A stretch of 64,000 nt of DNA from Spirochaetota bacterium (GCA_963664815.2 CAXXHB010000003.1:3360001-3424000), one strand, 5' to 3'; numbered from the stretch's first letter, positions 17,667-29,087 are shown. Made by a program: numbers and translations. Notes: generated by a model from the sequence alone, not told the origin.

Positions 17667-19325
17667 TCACCTTTTTAATTTAACAAGAGACGGAAGATAG
17701 TCTTCCGGCGCATCATATCCAAGCATGTTAAGAAGCGTTGCTGCCACATTACCCAAACCGGGATCTTTGACCTCTTTGTCAAGCTCATACTCACCATTAA
17801 ACTGCGGATCATATATAATAAAAGGAACAGGATTAAGCGTATGTGAGGTTTTATTCTTTAATTTCCCGGTTTGAGCATCCTTTTCAAATGCACCGGTCTT
17901 TGCATTTATTTCAAACATCTCGTCAAGATTGCCATGATCCGCGGTTATAATAGCCATGCCTCCGTTTTTTTCAACAACCTCCAGAAGCCTTTTCAATGAC
18001 AGGTCAACAGTTTCAGCAGCTATTACAGCCGCTTCCAGGTCACCGGTATGGCCTACCATATCTCCATTGGGGTAATTCAACCTGATAAATTCAAAACCTC
18101 CGGTTTCAATTACTTCAATCACCTTGTCTGTAATCTCAGCAGCCTTCATCCAGGGCCTTTCATTAAACTCCACCCTGTCTGACGGCACTTCAAAGTAAGT
18201 CTCCATTTCCGGATTAAACTTTTCAGTCCTGTTGCCGTTCCAGAAATATGTTACATGCCCGAACTTCTGAGTCTCGGAAATGGCATACTGTTTAACGCCC
18301 GATCCGGCAAGATATTCACTCACTGTCCTGTCTATATGCGGAGGGAACACAAGAAATTTTTCCGGTATCCTGAGATCGCCGTCATACTGCATCATCCCGG
18401 CAAAAACTACATCGGGCCGTCTTTCCCTGTCGAAGAACCTGAAGTCCTTCTTTTCGAAAGCCTTGGTAATCTCTATTGCCCTGTCCCCGCGGAAATTAAA
18501 AAATATCACGGAATCACCGTCATCGATTGTACCGACAGGTCCATTGTCCCCGGTGATCGTGAATGACGGCAGGTACTGGTCTGTTATACCATGTTCCTCT
18601 TTCCGGAATGTTTCAATTGCTTCTGTTGCAGATTTAAAGGGCCTCGCCTTGCCGAGCACATGGGCATCCCAGCCTCTTTTTACTATCTCCCAGTCAGCCT
18701 CGTACCTGTCCATGGTGGTAACCATTCTACCCCCTCCGGATGCTACGCGGAAATTCAGTCCCTTCGACCGGAAGGTATCAAGAAAATCCTCAAGCTGTTT
18801 TACATAGACAAGGGCTGAAGTTTCGGGAACATCACGTCCGTCAAGCAGGATGTGCAGCATAAGATTTTTAACTCCATCCTCCCCGGCTTTTGCTATGACT
18901 TTAAAAAGCTGTTCCACATGTGAATGGACATTTCCATCTGAAAGAAGGCCGATAAAATGAAGTTTTTTCCCCTCATTCACAGGTTTAGACATAAGTTCTT
19001 TCCAGATTGGGGTAGTGAAAACTTCTCCGGAGGCAATAGCTCCCGTGACAAGTTTTGACCCCTGGTCAAATATTCTTCCCGCGCCCAGCGCATTATGGCC
19101 CACTTCGGAATTACCCATATCAGCGTCGCTTGGAAGCCCTACAGCCGTGCCGTGCGCCTTTAAAATTGTATAAGGGAAGGTTTTTATAAGCGTGCTGAGG
19201 TTAGGAGTCCTTGCAAGAAAAAAAGCATTCCCCTCGTTTTCCTTCCCGATTCCCACGCCATCCATAATTACCAGGACAAGAGGGCCTTTACGTTTAACTA
19301 TATCATTTTTAACAAGCGTATTCAT
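17667..19325 (-). CDS. gpmI: 2,3-bisphosphoglycerate-independent phosphoglycerate mutase
   Basis: MDGVG, MGNSEVGH, SDGNVHSH, FNFRGDRA, ETQKFGHVT, DMVGHTG, TADHGN; AGGAG RBS. Confidence 0.96.
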   Translation of the reverse strand: MNTLVKNDIVKRKGPLVLVIMDGVGIGKENEGNAFFLARTPNLSTLIKTFPYTILKAHGTAVGLPSDADMGNSEVGHNALGAGRIFDQGSKLVTGAIASGEVFTTPIWKELMSKPVNEGKKLHFIGLLSDGNVHSHVEQLFKVIAKAGEDGVKNLMLHILLDGRDVPETSALVYVKQLEDFLDTFRSKGLNFRVASGGGRMVTTMDRYEADWEIVKRGWDAHVLGKARPFKSATEAIETFRKEEHGITDQYLPSFTITGDNGPVGTIDDGDSVIFFNFRGDRAIEITKAFEKKDFRFFDRERRPDVVFAGMMQYDGDLRIPEKFLVFPPHIDRTVSEYLAGSGVKQYAISETQKFGHVTYFWNGNRTEKFNPEMETYFEVPSDRVEFNERPWMKAAEITDKVIEVIETGGFEFIRLNYPNGDMVGHTGDLEAAVIAAETVDLSLKRLLEVVEKNGGMAIITADHGNLDEMFEINAKTGAFEKDAQTGKLKNKTSHTLNPVPFIIYDPQFNGEYELDKEVKDPGLGNVAATLLNMLGYDAPEDYLPSLVKLKR

Positions 19326-19496
19326 ACTATTCTCCTTTTGAAGCTGAATATAACTGTGCATTTATTGATTTGCCCGCCAGGGGTGTGCCGCTGTCTGTAT
19401 TAAGCCTGTCGAAATGAACCAATTGCACAAATCCTGCAGAAATGCCGGAGTTGTGCAATAGAGCTGACGGAAATATGAAGCGGAAATTATAACAGC

Positions 19497-19793
19497 TCAG
19501 CCGAGAAGAAAGTCATCAAGCCCCGCAAGCTCTATGACCCTGAGAATGCTCTCATTGTAATTTACAAGCTTCATATCACGCCCTGCAGCTTTCAGATTTC
19601 TTTTAAATCTTATGAATGCCGCCAGGGATGTTGAATCCAGCATACCAAGCTCATTCAAATCAAGTACCAGATCACGCCCATCGCTTTTAATAAAATCGTT
19701 AACCTTCTGTTCAAGTAAATTAATCTGCGAACTATCTCCTTTTTTCTTGATTATAATTAGCCTTTCATTGTCAGAATCTTTTATTTCAAACAT
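19497..19793 (-). CDS. STAS-domain anti-sigma factor antagonist
   Basis: LVLDLNELGMLDSTSL, RVIELAGLD. Confidence 0.88.
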   Translation of the reverse strand: MFEIKDSDNERLIIIKKKGDSSQINLLEQKVNDFIKSDGRDLVLDLNELGMLDSTSLAAFIRFKRNLKAAGRDMKLVNYNESILRVIELAGLDDFLLG

Positions 19794-20104
19794 AAATCCT
19801 CAATTTAGCTTTATATTAGCTTTATATTAACTTTCAATAATAATTCCTGAACTTTTTATTTATATAAAATTTTCTATTTTCCCCGCCGCCGAAAGCGGCA
19901 GTGAAAATTAATCGTTTATTTTATACAAAATATATGTTAAGAATTTTATGTTGATTAATTTTATATTCTGTCTGCTCAAATTTCCTGCCAACTTTCTTTA
20001 ATTATCGACTTTCTGCAATCAGGATAACATTAACTCACTACAACATTCCATAGAGTTAACACTTTTATAATATCGCAAATCAAGTCAAATAAATATTTTT
20101 TTTC

Positions 20105-20161
20105 TTGACATTAAGCCTTAATAATTTAATTAACCAGTTAATTAAATTATTAAGGCTTAAT
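20105..20161 (+). promoter_or_regulatory. TTGACA promoter overlapped by a 52-bp palindrome with perfect 25-bp arms (probable TetR operator)
   Basis: ATTAAGCCTTAATAATTTAATTAAC-CA-GTTAATTAAATTATTAAGGCTTAAT at 20110-20161; TTGACA at 20105-20110. Confidence 0.75.
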
Positions 20162-20162
20162 T

Positions 20163-20894
20163 ATGACTAAACAAACTAAAGACAGTGAAGAGACAAAAAG
20201 GAAAATAATCCATGCCGCCAAAAGTGAGTTTGCCGATAAGGGATTCAGCGGCGCAAGGATGAGCTCAATAGCGTCAATCGCAGGGGTAAATCAGGCTCTG
20301 CTTCACTATCATTTTGAAAGTAAAGAAAATCTCTACGTCAGTATCTTCCATTATTTCGCAGGTGACTCATCCACCAAATATGCCGAATTAATTAATGCTG
20401 AAATTGATTCATGGAATGTCACACTTGATGAGAAGCTTGCTGCAATTATATACCTGCTGATAGGGATCCATCTTGAAACTCATGATGATGATCTTAACAA
20501 GATCTTTGCGAGAGAAATTGCAGAGGGGAGCGGAATTTTACATGAATTCGTAAAAAAGTATATGCTCCCCCGTTTGTCCATAATAGAAGAAATAATACAG
20601 GAAGGTATAGTCAGGGGTTTTTTTGAAATATCCAATACAAAATTGTTTACACTTAATATACTCTGCTTTATTACTGATTTTATTCATGGTGAGGAGTTTC
20701 TGAAAGGAACTGAATGGCACGACAGGCTTTACCTTAACAGGAAAGAGACTCTTTATAATTATATGCTGGAGCAATCATTCAAAACTCTTCGCCCGGCAAA
20801 CAAAGAACTTAAAATTCCGCAGCTTGATAATGAAAAGATGAGCAGGATGGATTTTTATGTTAAATTGATAAATGATTACATGTCACATATATAA
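20163..20894 (+). CDS. TetR/AcrR-family transcriptional regulator
   Basis: IIHAAKSEFADKGFSGARMSSIA..AGVNQALLHYHFESKENLY. Confidence 0.93.
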   Translation: MTKQTKDSEETKRKIIHAAKSEFADKGFSGARMSSIASIAGVNQALLHYHFESKENLYVSIFHYFAGDSSTKYAELINAEIDSWNVTLDEKLAAIIYLLIGIHLETHDDDLNKIFAREIAEGSGILHEFVKKYMLPRLSIIEEIIQEGIVRGFFEISNTKLFTLNILCFITDFIHGEEFLKGTEWHDRLYLNRKETLYNYMLEQSFKTLRPANKELKIPQLDNEKMSRMDFYVKLINDYMSHI

Positions 20895-20909
20895 GGGAAG
20901 GGGATAAAA

Positions 20910-22481
20910 ATGAGAATTAAAAAAATTTTAGTGCTTATAACGGCAATTTCATTGCTGACATCTTCCATGGGATTCTCTCAGGAAAATGTCTCCAAAATCA
21001 GCAACAAGCCTATAGACATTGAACTTTCTGACGAAGCCGCAATAGTAATCGGCGGATTCCGCATTACTCTTGCCGAGGCGATAAAAAAAGCTATTGAGAA
21101 TAACCATGACATTCTCTCCGGAAAATATGACGTTGCTATGAGCGACACCTACTACGAAAAATTTCAGTCAAAATACACAACATATTTCAGCGCAGGCGGC
21201 GGAGTATCATCAACTGACTATCCTGAGATGATGCAAAGCACCAGCACCCCGAAGAATAAAAAAGAGGTGGATCTTTCAGCCTCACTGACAAAATCTTTTT
21301 CTACAGGAACTACCGTCACAGGGGGGGTGACAAACACAAAGAGTAAATACACCGGGTTAAAGATATCCAGTACTTCAGACTACAGGATTGATGTAGATGC
21401 AAATAATCCTGTAGCTTTCGTATCACTGGAGCAGGAGCTTCTTAAAAATTCTTTCGGGTACAGCGACAGGAAGCAGGAACAGATTTTAAAAAACACGGCG
21501 CAGATGCAGAAAGATGAAATTATCTACGGCTTGTCTCTTGTAGTGGTGGGTGTAATTGTCGATTACTGGAATGTAATTGTTACCAAGACCCAGCTTGACA
21601 ATTCAGCGCTGATGCTCCAGGAAACGCGAAAGGTAAGGCGAATCATAGCGGACAACGTAAATCTCGGACTTGCCGAACAGTTTGAACTGAACTACTGGAA
21701 TTCACTCATTGCATCATCCGAAGCGGCAGTAACACAGTCTGAACAGCAGTACAGGGATGCCCTGAGAAAATTTCTTCAGACTGTTAATATGGCGGGGGAA
21801 ATTACAATGCAGGAGAAGGCAATTCTGCAGAATAAAGTCCCTGAAATCAACAGTGAAGAAGCAATAAAGAAGGCTTATGCAAAAAGGGCTGATTACCTCA
21901 ACGCGGTTAAAACCCTTGAAAATGCCAGGCTTCAGCTTGACATAGACGGCAACGGCGCTCTTCCTTCACTCAAGGGGAGCCTTACTGTTTCCTCAATGGA
22001 TTATAATGATAAATCCGGCGAGTCGTATTCAAATACTGCAAAGGGAAAATACCCTTCATATGAAGCTCAGGTAAAACTCACATATCCCCTTGATGACAGC
22101 GGCCAGAAAGTAAGTGAAAGGAACTCAAGATGGAAAGTCGAACAGGCCAAATTTCAGCTTGAAAAATATGGAAGAATTGTAAAAGATGATGTCACTTCCA
22201 AGATCGAAAAGATCAATACAAACTACAAGCTTTACCAGAAGGCCAGGGAAGCGAGAATACAGGCAGAAATATACTACGGGAAAATGCTTATAAATCTCCG
22301 CAGGGGACGTTTAACTGCGGCTGTAGTCCGAAATTCCCTTGATGCGCTGGTTAACAGCAGGGAACAGGAACTTAAGGTTCTTGTATTGTTTAACGCATCA
22401 CTTCTTGAATTTGAAGTGGCCAAAAATGAACTTTTCGATACTTATAAAATCGATGTGGACAAATATATACCCAAAAAGTAA
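20910..22481 (+). CDS. TolC-family outer membrane efflux protein
   Basis: Signal peptide, ITLAEAIKKAIENNHDI, duplicated OEP architecture (LPSLKGSL..LTYPL). Confidence 0.85.
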   Translation: MRIKKILVLITAISLLTSSMGFSQENVSKISNKPIDIELSDEAAIVIGGFRITLAEAIKKAIENNHDILSGKYDVAMSDTYYEKFQSKYTTYFSAGGGVSSTDYPEMMQSTSTPKNKKEVDLSASLTKSFSTGTTVTGGVTNTKSKYTGLKISSTSDYRIDVDANNPVAFVSLEQELLKNSFGYSDRKQEQILKNTAQMQKDEIIYGLSLVVVGVIVDYWNVIVTKTQLDNSALMLQETRKVRRIIADNVNLGLAEQFELNYWNSLIASSEAAVTQSEQQYRDALRKFLQTVNMAGEITMQEKAILQNKVPEINSEEAIKKAYAKRADYLNAVKTLENARLQLDIDGNGALPSLKGSLTVSSMDYNDKSGESYSNTAKGKYPSYEAQVKLTYPLDDSGQKVSERNSRWKVEQAKFQLEKYGRIVKDDVTSKIEKINTNYKLYQKAREARIQAEIYYGKMLINLRRGRLTAAVVRNSLDALVNSREQELKVLVLFNASLLEFEVAKNELFDTYKIDVDKYIPKK

Positions 22482-22539
22482 AAAACTGCGTTAAAAAAGA
22501 TCACCGGTGTTAAATTTCAGACTAAAACAGACAAAGATA

Positions 22540-22568
22540 TCTCCCCACCGCTGAAGGCGGTGGGGAGA
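22540..22568. terminator. GC-rich hairpin downstream of tolC-like gene
   Basis: TCTCCCCACCGC-TGAAG-GCGGTGGGGAGA (12-bp stem; no clear U-tract). Confidence 0.55.
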
Positions 22569-22583
22569 ATAGAGTGCTTCTTA

Positions 22584-22849
22584 GTAACTGCATATGATGT
22601 GAAGGGTAAAGATCTTTTTCTTGCAGAGCTTATGGATAATCATAACAGGGAAGTGATTGGGAAAGCGGTGTCTGATAAAAAAGATACAGCTCTTGTGCTA
22701 AGCGTTCTAGAAGACGCAAATCGCAATTGAGATTTAAAAGGCTGCATTCATCATACCGATGCCGATGCACGTTATTCTCCAAAAGCTTGCATCGACCGGC
22801 TTGATGACATTGGAATGAAAATCTCGATGTGCGTTGGCAATGCCTATTA
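22584..22849 (+). pseudogene. IS3-family transposase (rve core) fragment
   Basis: Translates as VTAYDVKGKDLFLAELMDNHNREVIGKAVSDKKDTALVL..*..GCIHHTDADARY..GMKISMCVGNAY*, with an internal stop. Confidence 0.75.
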
Positions 22850-23184
22850 AATGTTCAGGTACATTGAGGTTTATAATAATTACAGACCCCATTTTTCTAT
22901 CGTAAATATGACTCAAGTGGGATATAGAATGGCTCTTGAAGGTAACAAAAATAATAAAAATAACTTTACATTTTTAAGTTGAGATGGTAATAGAGGCTTT
23001 ACTGATTAAGATTACTTTCTTTCAACAGTTTTCTTCTGGAATACCAAAGAAAGCAGTAAACATATCCTCCCCTGATTTATAATTCTTTTTTGCATATGGA
23101 ACCTTTTACAAAATTCCTGGGTCTAAAACTTGTTGCTATTAGTGTTTGTTTTTAAAATCAACAAAATAGATACAGGAGAAAAAT

Positions 23185-24108
23185 ATGAAAAAGTTTATGC
23201 CGGTATTGATATGTTTTACTCTTATTATGATTTTATCCTCCCCAGAAGGCGGACTTTCCGCAAAGATTGTAGATTCCTCCGGTCATGCTCCAAACCTGTT
23301 TTTGACACCTCCAATTCCGCTTTGGCATGAAGAATATTCCGGTGGAAGTTCTATGCCACTTACTGCCGGATATGTGATGACAGACGGTGACGGCATATCT
23401 TTAAAGGGGGGAATGTTTTCTTTTGGTGGCGGAGGAGGAATTAGTAAATATATCGGCATGAATTTCGGATTCGGGATGCTGTTTGAAAAGGGTGATGCGG
23501 CTCCATACCTGTATGATGTAACTGTCTGGAGCATACCATTTCAGCTATGTCTCACGGCCCAATTGGTCAGAGTAAAATATTTATCATTGATGATGTTTGG
23601 AGGCGGTAACTTGGGTTTCGGTGGTGTCTCTGCGGAACGCGTGGTAATGAGCGGAAATACATATGGCGGCAGCGAAGATAAAACAGATAACAGTGATTTC
23701 AGTGATGGCAATGGATTTGGCGGTTACATAGGTGGTATACAGGGCAGCCTCAAGGTTGCTGGCGTGGCATTAACACCGTTTTTTATGATGCAGCATGAAT
23801 ACCCGATATCTGGTCAGAAGGGTAACAATATAGTAGGTGATTCAAATACAGAGGATAGTGATTCAACCCAAAATGTGAATATTGCAGTTTCTTCACTGGT
23901 TAATAAATATTATGGACTGCGCTTAACGATAATCCCTGCACAGCTTGCTTTAAATGCCATGGTTCAGTCTGTCCCGGCAAATGGTGAAGTACCTTCATAT
24001 AAAACCACTTTCTTTTATATGACATATTATATCGGACAGTCCGAAAGCGATTATGTTCCTCCTGCGCCAAAAGAGAGATTGAATCCCGATGATTATCGTT
24101 CATTATAA
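23185..24108 (+). CDS. Exported Gly/aromatic-rich protein, probable outer-membrane beta-barrel
   Basis: Signal peptide, alternating hydrophobic strands, AGGAG RBS. Confidence 0.6.
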   Translation: MKKFMPVLICFTLIMILSSPEGGLSAKIVDSSGHAPNLFLTPPIPLWHEEYSGGSSMPLTAGYVMTDGDGISLKGGMFSFGGGGGISKYIGMNFGFGMLFEKGDAAPYLYDVTVWSIPFQLCLTAQLVRVKYLSLMMFGGGNLGFGGVSAERVVMSGNTYGGSEDKTDNSDFSDGNGFGGYIGGIQGSLKVAGVALTPFFMMQHEYPISGQKGNNIVGDSNTEDSDSTQNVNIAVSSLVNKYYGLRLTIIPAQLALNAMVQSVPANGEVPSYKTTFFYMTYYIGQSESDYVPPAPKERLNPDDYRSL

Positions 24109-24140
24109 ATTACATAATAATAACAACAGGAGAGATTAAA

Positions 24141-25046
24141 GTGAAAAAAAGAATATTAACCATAATGATATTTTCAGCTGTCTGTTTATTCCTTACAGGG
24201 TGTGTTTCTTCTCCGGATAAGGCTCCTGATAAGAAAAAGATATGGCCCTCCATGCTGGAAGATGACAGTACTTTTTATATGCCGCCCGCAAACCTTTACT
24301 CCCGTGAGAAGGCGGATGCTGTAATAAAAAACATGCTGCCCCAGATAAAAACTCTTATAAACGGCGACCAGGTTGCCCAGGCTGATTCCGTGGTTGTGGA
24401 TGGTGAATCTGTAAAGATAAGCTGGAAGTGGAACGAAACAGTTTCAGATACGACATACAGTACTGTGGAAGGCGGTGGCTACTCCTATGGGTATAACAGC
24501 GGATTGATATTTAATAAAAATACTGATAATGTCAGATCGGACACGTACAGAAAGGTGGAAAAGGGGGGTTTTACCATAATACAATTTGAGGATCTAGCAG
24601 CAATGTATTCGAAAAAGGCTTCTATCTGGTTTTCCATGAAGGGCGGTGATACTTATATGGTAATAATAGATAATGACTATAATCGCAAAAAATGGATGGA
24701 TGCCGTTTACTCGGCGACAAGGTCGCGCAACTATGATACAAGGGTAAGCTGGGGCATGACATACCAGACAGTGGACCTTACGGATGATCAGAAAGCTGAT
24801 TCGACAGTTGACAGTGGTGTTGTTATAACTTTCGTACAGAAAGGGAGCCCCGTCGATGCGGCATCACTTCAATATCTTGACATAATACAATCAGTAGATG
24901 GGAAGGAAGTGAATACAGTGAATGATTTTCAGAGATGCGTGAAGAACCTGAAAAGGGATAAAGTTTATTCTGTTGAAGCAGTGCGCTGGAAACGTAATGG
25001 AGAGAATGTAAAGAAGAGAAAAGTAAAAGTAAATATTGTACTCTGA
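24141..25046 (+). CDS. Lipoprotein with C-terminal PDZ domain
   Basis: Lipobox LTGC; GVVITFVQKGSPVDAASLQYLDIIQSVDGKEV. Confidence 0.82.
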   Translation: MKKRILTIMIFSAVCLFLTGCVSSPDKAPDKKKIWPSMLEDDSTFYMPPANLYSREKADAVIKNMLPQIKTLINGDQVAQADSVVVDGESVKISWKWNETVSDTTYSTVEGGGYSYGYNSGLIFNKNTDNVRSDTYRKVEKGGFTIIQFEDLAAMYSKKASIWFSMKGGDTYMVIIDNDYNRKKWMDAVYSATRSRNYDTRVSWGMTYQTVDLTDDQKADSTVDSGVVITFVQKGSPVDAASLQYLDIIQSVDGKEVNTVNDFQRCVKNLKRDKVYSVEAVRWKRNGENVKKRKVKVNIVL

Positions 25047-25185
25047 TATGGTTCTTGTAAAAAGAACTCCGTCGGTGTTTTACCATATCAGCAACTTTCA
25101 AGGGTGAGACCTTTTTTATAATCATATCGGACTGTATCGGAGGGTAATGTCAGATCTCTGTCGAGGCTGTAAATAAAGATTAATG

Positions 25186-26398
25186 GTAACTACTCCGCTA
25201 TAAAAAAAGGGGGGAATAATTTTTTACTATTAATTTAAGGATCATTTACAGTATGTTTCATGAAATAAGAAGATGCTGAAAAAATATATGATCTCAGCAA
25301 AGATGCGGTTGTTGACTTAATTCTACAGTTAGTTGACAGGATTGAAAAACTTGAGAGCCAAATAGAAAAGCTTGAAAGTAAATTGGTAAAGAATAGCCGT
25401 AACAGCAGCAAGCCGCTATCAAGCGATGGATTGAATAAAAAAACAGGACAAAGAGCCAGAGAAAAAAATCAGGCAGGAAAACCGGAGGGCAAAGGGAACT
25501 TTCCGGCCGGAATAACTCATAAGATTCAATATGGCAATTATCTGCGCGCGATTGCGATATATTTTAGAAATTATGAGTTGATACCAGTTGAGCGATCTGC
25601 TGAAATGTTTGAAGATATATTTTCAATTCCATTGAGTGATGGAACTATAGTTAATGCGACAAAAAAATGTGCTCAATCATTAGCGGGATTCCAGCGGTGG
25701 ATAAAAATAAACTAATTTGTTCAGAGATAGCATGTTTTGATGAAACTGGCGTAAACATTGAAAGGAAACTTCATTGGCTTCATAGTGCAGGAACTCCTTA
25801 GTTGACATCGTGTTTTGTTCATAAAAAGAGGGGGTCGGAAGCCTTTGTTTCTATGGGTATTATCCCGGAGTTTAATGGAATGGAAATAAATGATCGCAGT
25901 CATATTTCAAATATGACTGCGATCATTCACTATGTAATGCCCATCATTTGAGAGAATTAACCTTTGTATATGAACATCATTACCAGCTATGGGCAAAAAG
26001 TATGATTGGTTTTCTCTGTGAGGTCAAATGTAAAGTTGATGAGGTAGCCATATGGGAAAAACTAAAAGAACTGTCTTCGATGGAAAAATTCGAGAAAAGG
26101 TATAAACGCATTTTGAATGAAGGATTTAAGGAGAATCCACCTCCTGAACCGGAGAAGATAATAAGTCGTGGCAGAAAGAGGAAAGGAAAAGTATTGTGTT
26201 TATTGGAAAGATTGAGAGATTACCAAAAAGAAACATTACTTTTCAGATCATTTCGTGGTGCAGAACAATTTTGTCTTATAAGAAGTTTTATCTCCACTGT
26301 TAAAAAACAGGGCTTCAGTGTGATTGATGCTCTGGAAAGAATTCCGGAAGGAGAGCGGGCGTATCTTAATTTTTCCTTCCAAATAGCTGAGTAGTTAC
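25186..26398 (+). mobile_element. Internally deleted IS66-family element remnant
   Basis: Terminal IRs GTAACTACTCCGCTAT / revcomp GTAACTACTCAGCTAT (15/16); fragments KNSRNSSKPLSSD, FDETG, LCNAHHLREL, FRSFRGAEQF..IRSFISTVKKQG broken by stops and frameshifts. Confidence 0.85.
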
Positions 26399-26519
26399 AT
26401 TTTCTATTATAAAACAGTACTGGGATTATTATTGAAAATTAATACTTGTCATACTATCCACTGCTTTATATATTCATAGCATATTAAAAATTCAGACACT
26501 CTTCCAGGATTTATTTTAT

Positions 26520-28064
26520 ATGAAATTTATTAACTCTTTTTTACTCAGATATGACAGCAATGAATACCTGCTTTATACCCGCGCCAGGCTGCTCTTAATA
26601 TTCCAGCTTATTCTTTTCATCGCAGTGGTTCTTCTCCAGTTCAGCATGCTCCTCGCAGGCTGGGAGGATTTCATTAAAACTCTTTTTATTACACCTTTCA
26701 TTTTTTTCGGCATGATTATCGGTATGACCCTTTTAAAAAAAGGAAATTACAATGCGGCATCAAAGCTTGTAATATCTGTCAGTTCCCTGGCTGTCATCGG
26801 CGGATTGATTCGTGAACCTTTCATGAATCCCGAGTTTGCCCTTTCAAGCTATATATTCTTTATCTACCCCTGCCTTGCCCTGTGTGTCGTATTCAGCACA
26901 ACAAGATTTCTGGCTGTAATTTGCGGGGCTTTCATTGCCACAGTTATTTCTATCTTCTTTATAATGAAGTCAATAGTTCCAGGCGTAAACATGAAACAGA
27001 TTATAATTTTCGCCAATAATACAACATTTTCTGTTATAATATTCTTTATAATTGCGCGCCTTATCTCAAAAATATTCACCCGCAACTTTGAGATTGCCGA
27101 GCTCGAGGCTGAAAAAAATATAAGAAATTATAACTTCATAAAAAAAGTTCTGGGGGATAACTCCTCTGCAATCATCTCTTCCATGGAAAAGATGTCATCA
27201 AAAAGCGATCTCTTCTCCAGAAATACACAGAACCTGGCTTCATCAATCGAGGAAATTACAGCTAACATTGAACAGATATCTGCCGGAATAGACAATGTTT
27301 CCTCTACTGCCGAGGTACAGAAAGGTGATGTCTCCTCGATGAGGGAAAAACTATCAGAACTTTCAGGCGTTATTTTACAGATGGGTAATATTATAAATGA
27401 TTCACTCACTGTCACAAAAGATATAACCGTCAAGGCGCGGGACGGAGAGAACTCCCTTAAAACAATGGAGAAGAATGTTGCTAAAATAAGGGAAAGTTCA
27501 CAGGAGATGACTACAATTGTCGGAATTATTAATGACATTTCAGACCAGATAAACCTTCTGTCTCTTAACGCGGCCATTGAAGCGGCCAGGGCAGGAGATG
27601 CGGGGAGAGGTTTTGCCGTTGTTGCCGACGAGATTTCAAAACTGGCCGACAGGACGGCATCAAGTATTAAAGATATAAAAATGCTGATTAATACAAATGA
27701 GAATGAAACACAGAAGGGGATGGATGTTATAAAGGAAACGGTCGTAATAATCAGCGCCATTGTCAGCGGTGTAAATGCAATAAACAGCAGAATTTCAAAC
27801 CTTGTCCAGTTCAGTGACAGGCAGAATGAAACAAATCTCTCTGTTACCGGGAGTGTCGGCAGCCTTGAAGAAAGATCAGGCCTCATTGCCTCTGCAGCCT
27901 TTGAACAGAAAAACGGAATCGATGAAATACTTCGGCATATATCTGAAATAAATGAAATCTCGATCTCAAATACAGCAGGTGCAGGAGAGCTCCATCTCGA
28001 TTCCGAAGAACTGGTTTCCCGGATGAACGGTTTTCAGAATATTATAGATGAATATAAGGGATAA
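26520..28064 (+). CDS. Methyl-accepting chemotaxis protein (multi-TM N-terminus)
   Basis: [34 protein letters not shown]. Confidence 0.95.
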   Translation: MKFINSFLLRYDSNEYLLYTRARLLLIFQLILFIAVVLLQFSMLLAGWEDFIKTLFITPFIFFGMIIGMTLLKKGNYNAASKLVISVSSLAVIGGLIREPFMNPEFALSSYIFFIYPCLALCVVFSTTRFLAVICGAFIATVISIFFIMKSIVPGVNMKQIIIFANNTTFSVIIFFIIARLISKIFTRNFEIAELEAEKNIRNYNFIKKVLGDNSSAIISSMEKMSSKSDLFSRNTQNLASSIEEITANIEQISAGIDNVSSTAEVQKGDVSSMREKLSELSGVILQMGNIINDSLTVTKDITVKARDGENSLKTMEKNVAKIRESSQEMTTIVGIINDISDQINLLSLNAAIEAARAGDAGRGFAVVADEISKLADRTASSIKDIKMLINTNENETQKGMDVIKETVVIISAIVSGVNAINSRISNLVQFSDRQNETNLSVTGSVGSLEERSGLIASAAFEQKNGIDEILRHISEINEISISNTAGAGELHLDSEELVSRMNGFQNIIDEYKG

Positions 28065-28262
28065 ACTTTATTCATATTCAGACCTGAACCCGCTTTACCA
28101 GATGGAGTGGCTGACAGGGCAGGGATTTTATGCCTATGTTATATCAGGTTAAATTCAGTAATAACGGCTACATGAAGGGTACTGAAATTTGACTTTATTA
28201 AAAAATACAACTAATTTATATTCAATAAATAACATCCATTACGTCTTTATTGAGAGGCACTC

Positions 28263-29087
28263 ATGTTTAAAAGAATAAACACCTTCATTATTATATCGGT
28301 CACCTTTATAATTTATACTTACCCTCAGGCAGCACATGCAGATACAGATCTCAGCGCCAATGCTGCTGAATACATCTGTACGAAGGCAAAGGAGGGAAAA
28401 AAAACACGGCTTGCAATTTATACATTCACAAACGACACTGGTGATACATCACCCGAATCAAAAGTTTACTCTACAAAGATTATGGCAATAATACTTGATA
28501 AAAAAGAGTTCAAAGTCATTGATCCTGAAAAAATACCTGAAGTTGTAAACGAACAGGAAAAAGGTTTAACCGGACTTATTGATCCGGAAACTGCCGCGGA
28601 AACGGGAAAACTGATCGGAGCTGATGCCCTGGTTTTCGGAGTTTCAGGCAAAGGCTCATTACAGGTTAGAATTATTGATGCCGCAACAGGTGAAGTACTC
28701 GGCGCAAAGCTTGAAGAAAACGGCGGTAAACCCACAATCAGCAATGAAGACTTCAAATCCCCTGAGGCAAAGAAAAAATTCATTGCCTTCGAGTTTGAGA
28801 GAGATCTTACCCAGTTATACCGCAAACGCCCGATGCTCTACCTGTATGTGACAGCTGATGAGAAGGAACTATCCGAACTGGAGGAAAATTTTCCGGAAGC
28901 GATTGAAAAACTAAAACTCCGTATCAATGAAAAAGATCCGAAAAAGAATGCAAAATTTGAAAGAAGGAAAAGGAATCTTTCAGGTTTCCGGAAGGAAAAT
29001 CCGGGTTTTGACAAACGTATCCGCAATTCCCGTAAAAGCCTTTTTGATCAACTCAAAAAGGAAAAAAACGGAAGAAGTCTTAAATAA
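28263..29087 (+). CDS. Exported CsgG/FlgO-like domain protein
   Basis: Signal peptide; LAIYTF, FKVIDP..EQ..TGLID..TAAETGKLIGADALVFG, VRIIDAATGEVL. Confidence 0.75.
   Translation: MFKRINTFIIISVTFIIYTYPQAAHADTDLSANAAEYICTKAKEGKKTRLAIYTFTNDTGDTSPESKVYSTKIMAIILDKKEFKVIDPEKIPEVVNEQEKGLTGLIDPETAAETGKLIGADALVFGVSGKGSLQVRIIDAATGEVLGAKLEENGGKPTISNEDFKSPEAKKKFIAFEFERDLTQLYRKRPMLYLYVTADEKELSELEENFPEAIEKLKLRINEKDPKKNAKFERRKRNLSGFRKENPGFDKRIRNSRKSLFDQLKKEKNGRSLK

Noticed and set aside
19365-19460. Possible sigma54 promoter and TTGCACAA/TTGTGCAA inverted repeat upstream of gpmI
   Set aside because: Only a weak GG-N10-GC match; the hairpin may simply terminate the STAS gene
22734-22916. 60-aa minus-strand ORF
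   Set aside because: Antisense to the IS3 transposase remnant
25383-26394. 110-aa and 148-aa ORFs as functional genes
   Set aside because: They are fragments of a disrupted IS66 transposase
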